Notes: generated from the letters alone by a model not told the origin. 32,000 nucleotides of DNA from Candidatus Saccharimonadota bacterium (GCA_016699955.1 CP064993.1:780001-812000); one strand, 5' to 3'. Shown: positions 16,225-25,227, counted from the stretch's first letter. Translations and numbers: made by a program.

Positions 16225-19200
16225 GCTTCATGATTCCTATCCGTTACCCAGTCGTGGGCGTTTACAAACATCTGGAGCCATGGTGAATCCTCTGGCCAGT
16301 CGGAGGGGTGCCAAGAAAGCTGACGGGTCATGAAAGCACGCTCGGGGTGTGGCATCATAATGGTGGCGCGACCGTCTGGTGTGGTAAGTGCTGTGATGCC
16401 CTCTGGTGAGCCATTTGGGTTGGTTGGATAGACTTCTGTCGGTTTGTGGTTGTCATCGACGAATTGTGCCGAAACTAGGCAGCTTTTTACTGCGGATTGC
16501 TGCTCCTGCTTTGACGCAAACGCCGCATAACCCTCGCCGTGTGCGACCGGTATGGGCAACACAGAGCCAGCCATACCCTTGAAAAAGATTGACGGTGATT
16601 CGTTTAACCTGATTTGCGGCAAGCGGGCTTCAAATCGTTCGCTGCGGTTTTGCAGGAACCGTGGCCAGTTATCTGCGCCTGGTATAAGTTCTTTCAGCTC
16701 AGAAAGCATTTGGCAGCCATTGCAGACGCCTAAACTAAAGGTGTTTGGTCGTTCAAAAAATGCTTTGAACTGTGCTCGAAGTTTTGGGTCAAAGAGGATG
16801 GTTTTTGCCCAGCCGCCCCCAGCGCCAAGCACGTCACCGTAGCTAAACCCGCCACAGGCAACAAGGCCGCTAAAGTCATCGAGTTTTGTTGTGCCAGTAA
16901 TGAGGTCGTTTAGGTGAACGTCTACGGCTAAAAAGCCGGCGCGGTTGAAGGCGGCGGCCATTTCGATTTGACCGTTGACACCTTGCTCACGGAGGATGGC
17001 AATTTGTGGGCGGTTGATATACCTTTTCTTATCTTTTTGAAGAGAGGCTTGCCCCTCTTGAGGTGTTTTCTTTGCTTCGCTCGAAAGCAGCCTCCGCTCC
17101 CCCGCTCGCTGTTCGCTCGCGGTGTGCGCTCGTTCGGTCAGCGGTGTACCCTCATTTGTTTGTTGCCTTAATGCCGCTACTCTTAACTCATAACTCTTAT
17201 CTCTTAACTTTAGCAGCGGGTTTAGCCCGGGGTTATTGTCATGGTTAATCAAAGCGTATTCTTGGTCGGCGCAGGCGGGGTTGTCGCGCAATTTTTGTAT
17301 GAGGTAACTGGTTTCTGCCCACCACTGTTCGAGCTGAGCGCGAGTACTTTTGTATACTATTTTCTGCCCATCGCTAAAAACAATATCTTGCGTTTTTGTG
17401 GGCTTGCCAATTGTGTACGCGGAGTCGCCAAAAACCCGGGATACAGTTTTTTCGTCTGTTGATTTTACTTGGATGACTACGCCGAGCTCTTCGTTAAATA
17501 GTTTTTCAATTGTTTCTCCGGGAAGAGCGGCGATTTTTATATCAAGTCCGCAACGGCTTGCAAATGCCATTTCGCATAGAGTTGTAAGTATTCCGCCATC
17601 TGAGCGGTCGTGGTATGCCAAAATCTTTCCGTCTGCTTTTAATTTTGTCAGTGAGTTAAAGAAGGATTTTAAGAGCGTCGGGTCAGCATCGGGTGTTTTG
17701 TCGCCTGTTTGGTTGTAAGCTTGCGCAAGCGCCGAGCCTCCCATTCGAGTCTGCCCACCGGAAAGATCGACAAACATGAGCAGCGAATCGGTAGTGGTGT
17801 CGAGCTGAGGCGTTAGTGTTTTGGTGACGTTAGTCACTGGGCTAAAGCCGGTTATAATGAGGCTAAGTGGTGATGTAACTGATTTTGCTTCTTTGCCATC
17901 AGTCCAAGTTGAACGCATGCTCAGGGAATCTTTGCCGACAGGAATAGTCAAGCCAAGCGCCGGGCAAAAATCTTCGCCGAGTATGTGGACAGTATCGTAG
18001 AGGGCTTGGTCTTCACTACCTTGTCCGGCCGCCGCCATCCAGTTGGCTGATAGTTTTATGTCTGATAGTTTTTTGACGTCGGCAGCCAGCATGTTTGTGA
18101 TGGTTTCGGCGACAGCCATACGGCCGGAGGCCGGTGCGTTGGAAACAGCCAGCGGCGTGCGTTCGCCCATGGTCATTGCCTCACCATGATTGCTCGTAAA
18201 CCCAACGGCAGAAACGGCTACGTCACTAACAGGCACCTGCCATGGTCCAACCATTTGATCACGGGTAATTAGGCCGGTGACGGTACGGTCGCCGATGGTT
18301 ATGAGGAACTTTTTGCTACCAACAGCGGGTACGTGAAGCACGCGCTCTACGGCCTCTTCAATGTCAATATTTGCAGTATTGAATGAAGCTGTCTGAGCCA
18401 ATACAGATGTATAGGTGCGTGTCATTTTGGGAGGTTTTCCAAAGAGTGTACTCATGGGTAGGTCTACGGTGTCGTTGTCGAGTAGATTATCATGCACGAC
18501 AAGTCGATCTTTGTCTGTCGCAGTACCAATGACGGTGAATGGACATCGTTCTCGTTTGCATATACTCGCGAAACGCTCAACGTCTGCTTCCCTTAGTCCT
18601 ATGACGTAGCGTTCCTGGGCCTCGTTGCACCAGATTTCCATAGGCGACATACCCGGGTCGGCATTGTCGATATTTCGTAGTTCAACCTCTGCTCCTAGGC
18701 CGGCGTCATGCACAAGCTCCGGCACGGCGTTACAGTAACCGCCGGCACCAATGTCGTGAATCATGACGATGGGGTTTTCGCTACTCGCCCAGCACGTGTC
18801 AATGACTTCCTGCGCGCGGCGTTCCATTTCGCCGTTTCCTCGCTGGACTGATGCAAAGTCGAGATCCGCGCTGCTTGCGCCGGTTTGCATGCTGCTGGCT
18901 GCGCCGCCGCCGAGACCAATGAGCATAGCTGGCCCACCGAGGATGATAATTTTGTCGCCGGCTTTTAGCTTGCCTTTTTGAACGTGCTGGTCGCGGATGT
19001 TCCCCAGACCGCCGGCAATCATGATCGGTTTATGATAGCCGCGTACGCTTTGACCATCGTGTTGCTCAAAGGTACGGAAGTAGCCAGCTAGGTTTGGGCG
19101 ACCAAATTCGTTAGCGAACGCCGCGCCGCCTAAAGGAGCGTCTATCATAATGCCCAGCGGTGAGGTAATCCTGCTTGGTTTTCCGTATGGTTTTTCCCAA

Positions 19201-20231
19201 GGTTGTCCTGCGCCAGGCAAGTTCAAATTTGATACGCTGAATCCGGCCAGTCCCATCTTGGGTTTGGCGCCGCGACCGGTGGCGCCCTCGTCCCGGATTT
19301 CACCGCCAGTACCGGTGGCTGCGCCCGGAAACGGTGCAATGGCAGTCGGGTGATTATGTGTCTCAACTTTTATAACAGTATGAATCGGTTCTTTGCTGTA
19401 ACCATATTCATGCGTTTCTGGGTTTGGGAAAAAGCGATCAGCGACAGGACCAGCGATTACGGCGGCGTTATCTGAATATGCACTGAGCACGTCTTCGCCG
19501 CCACGCTCAAACGTGTTACGGATCATTTTGAATAAACTTTTTGGCTGCGGCTTACCGTCTATAACCCAGTCGGCATTGAATATTTTGTGGCGACAGTGTT
19601 CGCTGTTGACTTGGCCGAACATCATGAGTTCGGCGTCAGAGGGGTTACGGCCAAGTTCGGTGTAGGCGGCAACAAGATATTCAATTTCATCGGCACTGAG
19701 GGCAAGCCCCTGCTCTGTGTTTGCCTTTTCTAGCGCGTTTTTGCCACCCTCAAGCACATTGACGATAATGAGTGGCTTCGGTGATGGTTCGGCAAAAAGT
19801 GCCTTGGCCGAACTCAGTGAGTCTAGAACAGCCTCGGTCATGCGGTCATGGAGTAGTGGTTCGATTGTCCCGCGCTCGATTGGCCGAGACGATTCGATAT
19901 AATAAGCCGTTCCTCGCTCAATTCGTTTGATACTAGATAGACCAGCATTGTGTCCAATGTCGGTTGCCTTTGATGACCAGGGAGATATTGTACCTGGCCG
20001 AGGTGTTACCAAAAATAGTTCGCCGCTTCTTGCGCCGTTGTACGGGGTGTCGTAGGCTAGGAGCTTACTGAGCTCTTTGTCTTCATGTGACGAAAGCTTT
20101 TTATCGCCGTTTATGAAGTGTACATACTCTGCGGTAACACTGCCTATGTGTTTGTCGACTGACTGCAACTGTTTGAGCAAATTTTTCGCACGGAAATCCG
20201 ATATTGCGTTGACCCCTTTGTATATCTGCAT
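16221..20231 (-). CDS. purL: Phosphoribosylformylglycinamidine synthase, single-chain large form
   Basis: 1336 aa, with the FGAM synthetase core and a C-terminal glutaminase domain (GVCNGCQM, PHPER). Confidence 0.97.
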   Translation of the reverse strand: MQIYKGVNAISDFRAKNLLKQLQSVDKHIGSVTAEYVHFINGDKKLSSHEDKELSKLLAYDTPYNGARSGELFLVTPRPGTISPWSSKATDIGHNAGLSSIKRIERGTAYYIESSRPIERGTIEPLLHDRMTEAVLDSLSSAKALFAEPSPKPLIIVNVLEGGKNALEKANTEQGLALSADEIEYLVAAYTELGRNPSDAELMMFGQVNSEHCRHKIFNADWVIDGKPQPKSLFKMIRNTFERGGEDVLSAYSDNAAVIAGPVADRFFPNPETHEYGYSKEPIHTVIKVETHNHPTAIAPFPGAATGTGGEIRDEGATGRGAKPKMGLAGFSVSNLNLPGAGQPWEKPYGKPSRITSPLGIMIDAPLGGAAFANEFGRPNLAGYFRTFEQHDGQSVRGYHKPIMIAGGLGNIRDQHVQKGKLKAGDKIIILGGPAMLIGLGGGAASSMQTGASSADLDFASVQRGNGEMERRAQEVIDTCWASSENPIVMIHDIGAGGYCNAVPELVHDAGLGAEVELRNIDNADPGMSPMEIWCNEAQERYVIGLREADVERFASICKRERCPFTVIGTATDKDRLVVHDNLLDNDTVDLPMSTLFGKPPKMTRTYTSVLAQTASFNTANIDIEEAVERVLHVPAVGSKKFLITIGDRTVTGLITRDQMVGPWQVPVSDVAVSAVGFTSNHGEAMTMGERTPLAVSNAPASGRMAVAETITNMLAADVKKLSDIKLSANWMAAAGQGSEDQALYDTVHILGEDFCPALGLTIPVGKDSLSMRSTWTDGKEAKSVTSPLSLIITGFSPVTNVTKTLTPQLDTTTDSLLMFVDLSGGQTRMGGSALAQAYNQTGDKTPDADPTLLKSFFNSLTKLKADGKILAYHDRSDGGILTTLCEMAFASRCGLDIKIAALPGETIEKLFNEELGVVIQVKSTDEKTVSRVFGDSAYTIGKPTKTQDIVFSDGQKIVYKSTRAQLEQWWAETSYLIQKLRDNPACADQEYALINHDNNPGLNPLLKLRDKSYELRVAALRQQTNEGTPLTERAHTASEQRAGERRLLSSEAKKTPQEGQASLQKDKKRYINRPQIAILREQGVNGQIEMAAAFNRAGFLAVDVHLNDLITGTTKLDDFSGLVACGGFSYGDVLGAGGGWAKTILFDPKLRAQFKAFFERPNTFSLGVCNGCQMLSELKELIPGADNWPRFLQNRSERFEARLPQIRLNESPSIFFKGMAGSVLPIPVAHGEGYAAFASKQEQQSAVKSCLVSAQFVDDNHKPTEVYPTNPNGSPEGITALTTPDGRATIMMPHPERAFMTRQLSWHPSDWPEDSPWLQMFVNAHDWVTDRNHEA

Positions 20232-21337
20232 TAGCGCACCTCCAAGGTTTCTGCTGAAAATGTTAGATTCTTTGGCTTGATAATCACCTGCTTCTTACCT
20301 CGTTTGACTTTTCCACCCCTGATGGCTTTTACCCCATTACGCTTAGCGGCTGCGAGAACCGAGTCGGTGTCCTGTGGCGCAACATACAGCACAAACCCGA
20401 CGCCCATGTTGAAATTGCCGTACATTTCGCTGTCATCAACACGGGACTCGGCTTGCATGTGTAGAAATTCTGGTTGGGGCTCCAGTATGGTTTCGATTTC
20501 GTAGGTAAAAGCCGCGTTGGCACGCATTAGCTTGCGCCAGCCATGACCGGTGACGTTTACCATGTAGTGAGGAACAACGCCCGCCTCGAGTACATCACGG
20601 ACGAGAGGTACATACAGTAGTGTAGGGGTTAAGATTGCCTCACCAAATAGTTTCCCGTTGGATAGTGTTGTTTCATAGAGTTGGGGGGTTTTTTCGTATA
20701 AATGCCGCACAAATGAAATACCATTGGCGTGTATACCACTACTTTCTACTAGAATAATTTCGTCACCGTCAGCTAGCTTATCTCCAAGAACGAGATTTTC
20801 TTTTGGGTTAATTATTCCTACGGCCGAACCTCCCAAATCAATTGTGTCTGGGTTAATGATGCCTTTAAGCGCTGGTGTTTCACCGCCCCCCCACGCTGCA
20901 CCAATTGCATTACAAGCCCCTGCCCAGCCAGTCACAAGATCGGTAGCTCGCTTACGGTCGTTCATCCAAGCGCCGTCACCGAGAGCAAAGTAAGCATTTA
21001 CAACCTGCGGCAAGGCCCCAACGACAATTAGGTCATTGACAATCATTGCTACCGTGTCTTGGGCGAGTGAGTCATAGTAAGTTTTTCCGGTGGTTTTACG
21101 CATTGCGTCTGCCACGAGATTCTTAGTACCGAGTCCTTCTATGACAAGTGCACGGTATGCATCTTTTTCTTCCCAAACATAGGCCGATTCTCCTCGGCTC
21201 GCACCGACTTCAGTAGCGCCGAAACGTGCATGATTTTGAGCTGTCGACAGCGCAGCTTTTTGCGCTAGCACCTTCACCGGATCCATCGCGCTGTAATCCA
21301 CACCAGTCTGTGCATAGGTTGTTGGATTGTTTGCCAT
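20231..21337 (-). CDS. purM: Phosphoribosylformylglycinamidine cyclo-ligase (AIR synthase)
   Basis: AIR-synthase-type N- and C-terminal domains. I prefer the ATG at 21337, preceded by GAAAGGAGGG, over the TTG at 21352 used by the ORF track. The stop overlaps the purL start (TAATG). Confidence 0.88.
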   Translation of the reverse strand: MANNPTTYAQTGVDYSAMDPVKVLAQKAALSTAQNHARFGATEVGASRGESAYVWEEKDAYRALVIEGLGTKNLVADAMRKTTGKTYYDSLAQDTVAMIVNDLIVVGALPQVVNAYFALGDGAWMNDRKRATDLVTGWAGACNAIGAAWGGGETPALKGIINPDTIDLGGSAVGIINPKENLVLGDKLADGDEIILVESSGIHANGISFVRHLYEKTPQLYETTLSNGKLFGEAILTPTLLYVPLVRDVLEAGVVPHYMVNVTGHGWRKLMRANAAFTYEIETILEPQPEFLHMQAESRVDDSEMYGNFNMGVGFVLYVAPQDTDSVLAAAKRNGVKAIRGGKVKRGKKQVIIKPKNLTFSAETLEVR

Positions 21338-21512
21338 AGACCCTCCTTTCAACTAATAAAAAGGCACGCATTGCGCCACCTCGTCCGTACTCACCTATTG
21401 TAACAACATTATCTATTCTACTCTACTCGACTTACGAGGGATATTTCATTGTTTCAGCATAGCCAAACGCTTCATACATGGCAGGTAAACAGCAGAGGTT
21501 TAATGGGGCTGG

Positions 21513-21524
21513 TATACTTTTCTT
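21513..21524 (+). promoter_or_regulatory. Candidate -10 element of the HAD hydrolase gene: TATACT-6-ATG
   Basis: Same hexamer and spacing as at purC and crp. I could not identify a -35 element. Confidence 0.35.
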
Positions 21525-22184
21525 ATGCAAGCTGTGATTTTTGACATGGACGGTGTGCTCATAGATAGTGAGCCAATTTTTGAGCAGCACCTGCAAGTCT
21601 TTTTGTTGAGTTTGGGTATCGAAGATCCTAGCAAGCTTACGCATAATCTCAAGGGTGTCAGCTCGAAGAACGTTTCGCGTCTGATTATCGAAACATTTGA
21701 GCTTGATTATCAGGTTGACGAGTTAATTGCGTTATCGCGCAAGGCGTATATGCAGCATCTAAACAACCTCTCAGCGCTACCGTCTATTCCGGGCGCAGTT
21801 AAGCTTGTGAAGAGTCTTGCCGCCGCCGGACACCCCTTGGCATTGGCTTCGTCTGCTTCGGCAGCACGGATCGATCTATTTTTGAAAAAGCTTGGGCTTA
21901 AAAGATATTTTCCTGTTATTGCTTGCGGTGATGATGTGGAACATTCCAAGCCGGCACCGGACATCTTTTTACTGGCCGCAGCCAGACTTGGAGTTGATCC
22001 CGCAAACTGTGTTGTCGTGGAAGATGCCGAAAATGGTGTGCAAGCCGCAAAAACTGCCGGGATGAAATGTATTGCTTACGGTGGCTCCGAGCACAACAGC
22101 GACAACCTACTGGCAGCAGATATTGTTGTGAAAGATTTTGAGCGTTTTGTGGATGCTCTGAGGCCGGGTAAGCTACCGGTTTGA
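21525..22184 (+). CDS. HAD-superfamily hydrolase, subfamily IA (beta-phosphoglucomutase/phosphatase-like)
   Basis: VIFDMDGVLIDSE motif I, LASSA motif II, and the K...VEDAENGVQAA motifs. Confidence 0.85.
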   Translation: MQAVIFDMDGVLIDSEPIFEQHLQVFLLSLGIEDPSKLTHNLKGVSSKNVSRLIIETFELDYQVDELIALSRKAYMQHLNNLSALPSIPGAVKLVKSLAAAGHPLALASSASAARIDLFLKKLGLKRYFPVIACGDDVEHSKPAPDIFLLAAARLGVDPANCVVVEDAENGVQAAKTAGMKCIAYGGSEHNSDNLLAADIVVKDFERFVDALRPGKLPV

Positions 22185-22227
22185 GGTATGTCTTGTCTCT
22201 GCAAACTGGGTAAACTATTCTGTTTGT

Positions 22228-22682
22228 ATGACTAATATTGTTTTTGATTGGAAGCGGACGCTGTACGAACCCGAGGAGGATGAGCTTATTGGCGGGGCGC
22301 TTGAACTTCTGGAATGGCTGGGCAGCCAGGAGATTCCCACGGTACTTATCGGTAAGGGCGACACTGATATGTACGGTAAAGTAGATCGGCTAGGAGTACG
22401 GCAGTATTTCTCGCAAGTTATATTTCGCGAGGGTGCAAAGATACAGATCTATTTGCCCTTTTTGTCAACACGTTTGATGCTAAGCAAACAGTCTTCATCG
22501 GTGACCGTGTACGCTCAGAGCTTGCGGTTGGAAATGTGCTTGGCGCTACAACGATTTGGGTGAAGCAAGGCAAGTTTGCAAACGAGTTACCAGAACTGGA
22601 TAGTGAGAAGCCCACCTCTACAGTTGCCTCATTGACGGAGGTGAAAAACCTTCTCACCAAACTTCAGCAAGTCAAATACTAG
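22228..22682 (+). pseudogene. HAD-like hydrolase interrupted by a -1 frame change at 22437-22440 (AAAG)
   Basis: Frame 1 reads ...FREGAK and then degenerates. The -1 frame continues as DTDLFALFVNTFDAKQTVFIGDRVRSELAVGNVLGATTIWVKQGKF... to a TAG at 22680-22682. Confidence 0.65.
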
Positions 22683-23197
22683 GAGTGGCTTTCTAGGTAG
22701 CCCTGCCAGCCTTGTTGTTGGAGTTTTGCGTCGGCGGTGAGGACGCTGTCGTGTTGATCGGCGCGGAAAGCGACGTACTTATTGGCAAGAGTGGTGTCAC
22801 TCAAGGCTAGGATTTCTACTGCCATAAGGGCGGCGTTGCGGGCACCATTTTCGGGCATGGTTGCTAGCGGGATGCCGGGGGGCATTTTTATACTGGACCA
22901 AAATGCTTCGTGGCCGTGGTGGTCGCGTTTTATGGGAACGGCAATGACGGGCAGCGTGGTGTGTGAGGCCGTCATGCCGGGGAGGTGTGCCGACCCGCCT
23001 GCCCCAGCGATGATAACTTTCAGTCCGCGCTCGGCTGCAGTCCGCGCGTACTCTTCCATGACATCTGGCGTGCGATGCGCCGAAACCACGCGTACCTCAT
23101 AACTAATCCCAAAATTATCTAGCATTTTGGCAGCTTCACTCATGATGTCGAGATCGCTATCTGACCCCATTATGATGCCGACAACTGGTTTGTTCAT
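22679..23197 (-). CDS. purE: N5-carboxyaminoimidazole ribonucleotide mutase (class I PurE)
   Basis: GSDSD and AGGSAHLPGM motifs, a purK partner nearby, and an AAGGAGG RBS. Confidence 0.95.
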   Translation of the reverse strand: MNKPVVGIIMGSDSDLDIMSEAAKMLDNFGISYEVRVVSAHRTPDVMEEYARTAAERGLKVIIAGAGGSAHLPGMTASHTTLPVIAVPIKRDHHGHEAFWSSIKMPPGIPLATMPENGARNAALMAVEILALSDTTLANKYVAFRADQHDSVLTADAKLQQQGWQGYLESHS

Positions 23198-23210
23198 ACA
23201 ATCCTCCTTA

Positions 23211-23292
23211 GATTTAAGAGATAAGAGTCATGAGTCATGAGTTTTGACCAACCGTGCGAAATATCGCTCTTATCTCTTATCTCATATCTCTT
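23211..23292 (-). repeat. Gene-less heptad-repeat hairpin element between purK and purE
   Basis: AAGAGATAAGAG (23216-23227) is perfectly complementary to CTCTTATCTCTT (23267-23278). Both arms continue as 7-nt-periodic GAG/CTC repeats. The loop is 39 nt. The element abuts the purE RBS. Confidence 0.8.
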
Positions 23293-23306
23293 GTCGTTAT
23301 ACCACA

Positions 23307-24440
23307 TCATATGCTCAGTAAGCTCCGGGCTTTTCGGGCGTTTTTACGAGCAGTTTCTATGTCCGAACCTGTGACGGTGATGTGACCCATTTTGCGGTCG
23401 ATTTTGGTCGGGGATTTGCCATAAAGGTGGATGCTTGCACCTGGGATGGCCAAAACATCAGGGGTGCCTTTTACCTGGGTTTCGCCGTCTCGCTCTCCCA
23501 GGATGTTTATCATGACGGCTGCGGCTACGACGAGGCTTGTGTCCCCCAGTGGTAAACCGGCAATGGCGCGGATGTGTTGCTCGAACTGTGAAGTGCGGCA
23601 GGCTTCGGTGGTGTAGTGGCCGCTGTTGTGAACTCGTGGTGCGATTTCGTTTACTAGTACTTCACCATCTCGCGTCAGGAAAAGCTCTATGCCAAATGTT
23701 CCCGCACCGCTAAGCAGCCCAGCGACCTGGCGGGCAACGGCTTCGGCTTGCTTCATTATTTCAGCCGAAACTGGCGCTGGCACAAGTACCTCGGTGCAAA
23801 TGTTCCGCTTGTGAATAGTCTGGACGATGGGGTAGAGTGCGACATTGCCCTGCATGTCTCGCGCAACCATAACGGCTAGTTCGCTTTCAAAGTCGACGAG
23901 GCCTTCGGCGTAAAGAGCCTTGCCCGCAAAATTCTTTAGTGCCTGATCAAGATCAGCTTCAGAGCGAACAACCATGTTGCCACGGCCGTCGTAGGCGCCG
24001 TGACGGGTTTTGACTATCATGCAACCGCCGAACTGCTTGAGGGCATCCCGAGCGGAACTTTCCCCTGTTATTTCGGCGAATGGGGCTAGGGGAACTTTAT
24101 TATCTTGGAGAAACTGCTTCTGAGCATACTTGTCCTGGATGAGCCGGATGGTGCTGGGCGACGGGTTTATTGTCGCCCCATTTTGTTCCAACTTTGCTAA
24201 TGCGTCGGCGTCAAGATGCTCGATTTCCACGGTAATGTAGTTTGACTCGGTCGCCAGTTGTTCGAGCGCGCGTTCGTCATATAGGTTGGCGACGATTTGC
24301 CGCGCTCCTACCTGCTCTGCTGGGCAATGTTTGCCTGGGTCAACAACAACAATTTCAAAGCCAAGCGGTTTGGCGGCAAGCGTGAGCATGCGACCTAACT
24401 GTCCGCCGCCGACAATACCAATAGTCTCGACTGCTCCCAT
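23307..24440 (-). CDS. purK: N5-carboxyaminoimidazole ribonucleotide synthase
   Basis: 377 aa, ATP-grasp, with an N-terminal GIVGGGQLGRM motif. Confidence 0.93.
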   Translation of the reverse strand: MGAVETIGIVGGGQLGRMLTLAAKPLGFEIVVVDPGKHCPAEQVGARQIVANLYDERALEQLATESNYITVEIEHLDADALAKLEQNGATINPSPSTIRLIQDKYAQKQFLQDNKVPLAPFAEITGESSARDALKQFGGCMIVKTRHGAYDGRGNMVVRSEADLDQALKNFAGKALYAEGLVDFESELAVMVARDMQGNVALYPIVQTIHKRNICTEVLVPAPVSAEIMKQAEAVARQVAGLLSGAGTFGIELFLTRDGEVLVNEIAPRVHNSGHYTTEACRTSQFEQHIRAIAGLPLGDTSLVVAAAVMINILGERDGETQVKGTPDVLAIPGASIHLYGKSPTKIDRKMGHITVTGSDIETARKNARKARSLLSI

Positions 24441-24558
24441 ATGGGTTTATCATACCAGTTCTCAGGATACGAGCATAGCACCTGGCGAAAAATGACGATT
24501 ACACGCATATCGCACCAGCTAGCCAGCTCGGCCGGCAGAGCCGTGAAGCACTATTGGC

Positions 24559-24594
24559 TTACTCTTTTGCGCTATTACTCTGTATACTAAAGCC
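24559..24594 (+). promoter_or_regulatory. Candidate promoter of the Crp/Fnr gene: TTACTC-18-TATACT-6-ATG
   Basis: Shares the 12-mer ACTCTGTATACT with the purC upstream region. No Shine-Dalgarno sequence. Confidence 0.4.
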
Positions 24595-25218
24595 ATGATG
24601 CGGGAGAAAAGAGTACGAAAAGAACAGATTGTGCTCTACCAGGGTGAAGCTCTAAGCGGCGTATATGTCATTTCTGAAGGTATTATTCGTGCTTACAGTA
24701 TCCTTGGAACGGGCAGTGAGATAAATATTGCTCTCTATGGCCCGGGAGACTACTTCCCTGTTGAAACGGCGTACCATAGCGCCCCGGCCACACTTTTTTA
24801 CTACGAAGCTTTGACAGACTGCGTGCTTCACAATCAGACAAATGAAGATTTTCAGTCACTTCGAGCAGCAAATGACAGTACTCCTGCGCAAGACAGCAAG
24901 CGGTATGTGGGGGCACTGCTCCATGTCAATGCGCTTGGTCAGGCTAACGCGTACGAAAAACTGGGTCACACCTTGCGTTACCTAGCAATCAGATTTGGCA
25001 TGGCTATGAGCGGCAAAGGATTTGTGAGGATAAATATTCGGCTGACACAACAGGATCTAGCAAATTTGTGCACAATGTCACGCGAGACAGTCAGTATAGA
25101 GCTCGCAAAGTTGAAGGCTAAGAACGCAGTAAGTGAAAAGTTGAAGCTCTACACCGTCAACTTACCGCAGCTCAATAGTTTGCTCGGTGAGGACAACATC
25201 GATGAAATTATTATTTAA
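24595..25218 (+). CDS. Crp/Fnr-family transcriptional regulator
   Basis: N-terminal cNMP-binding-like beta-roll and a C-terminal HTH (RLTQQDLANLCTMSRETVSIELAKL). Confidence 0.85.
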   Translation: MMREKRVRKEQIVLYQGEALSGVYVISEGIIRAYSILGTGSEINIALYGPGDYFPVETAYHSAPATLFYYEALTDCVLHNQTNEDFQSLRAANDSTPAQDSKRYVGALLHVNALGQANAYEKLGHTLRYLAIRFGMAMSGKGFVRINIRLTQQDLANLCTMSRETVSIELAKLKAKNAVSEKLKLYTVNLPQLNSLLGEDNIDEIII

Positions 25219-25227
25219 CTAGCACTG

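Noticed and set aside
21353-21524. Possible purine/ZTP riboswitch or attenuator in the purM leader (hairpin GGCGC-AATGC-GUGCC plus U5 at 21354-21377, minus strand)
   Set aside because: The stem is only 5 bp including a G-U pair. I could not recognise the purine-riboswitch core, nor the CCGCCUGGGC-type ZTP pseudoknot element, here or upstream of purH or purC. A proper Rfam scan is still needed.
23250-23262. IS-end-like sequence GTGCGAAAT inside the purK/purE hairpin loop, plus a 14/20 match to the IS terminal repeat at about 29941-29962
   Set aside because: A 9-mer match is expected by chance at appreciable frequency in 64 kb of two-strand sequence. The longer match is weak and lacks the IR tip.
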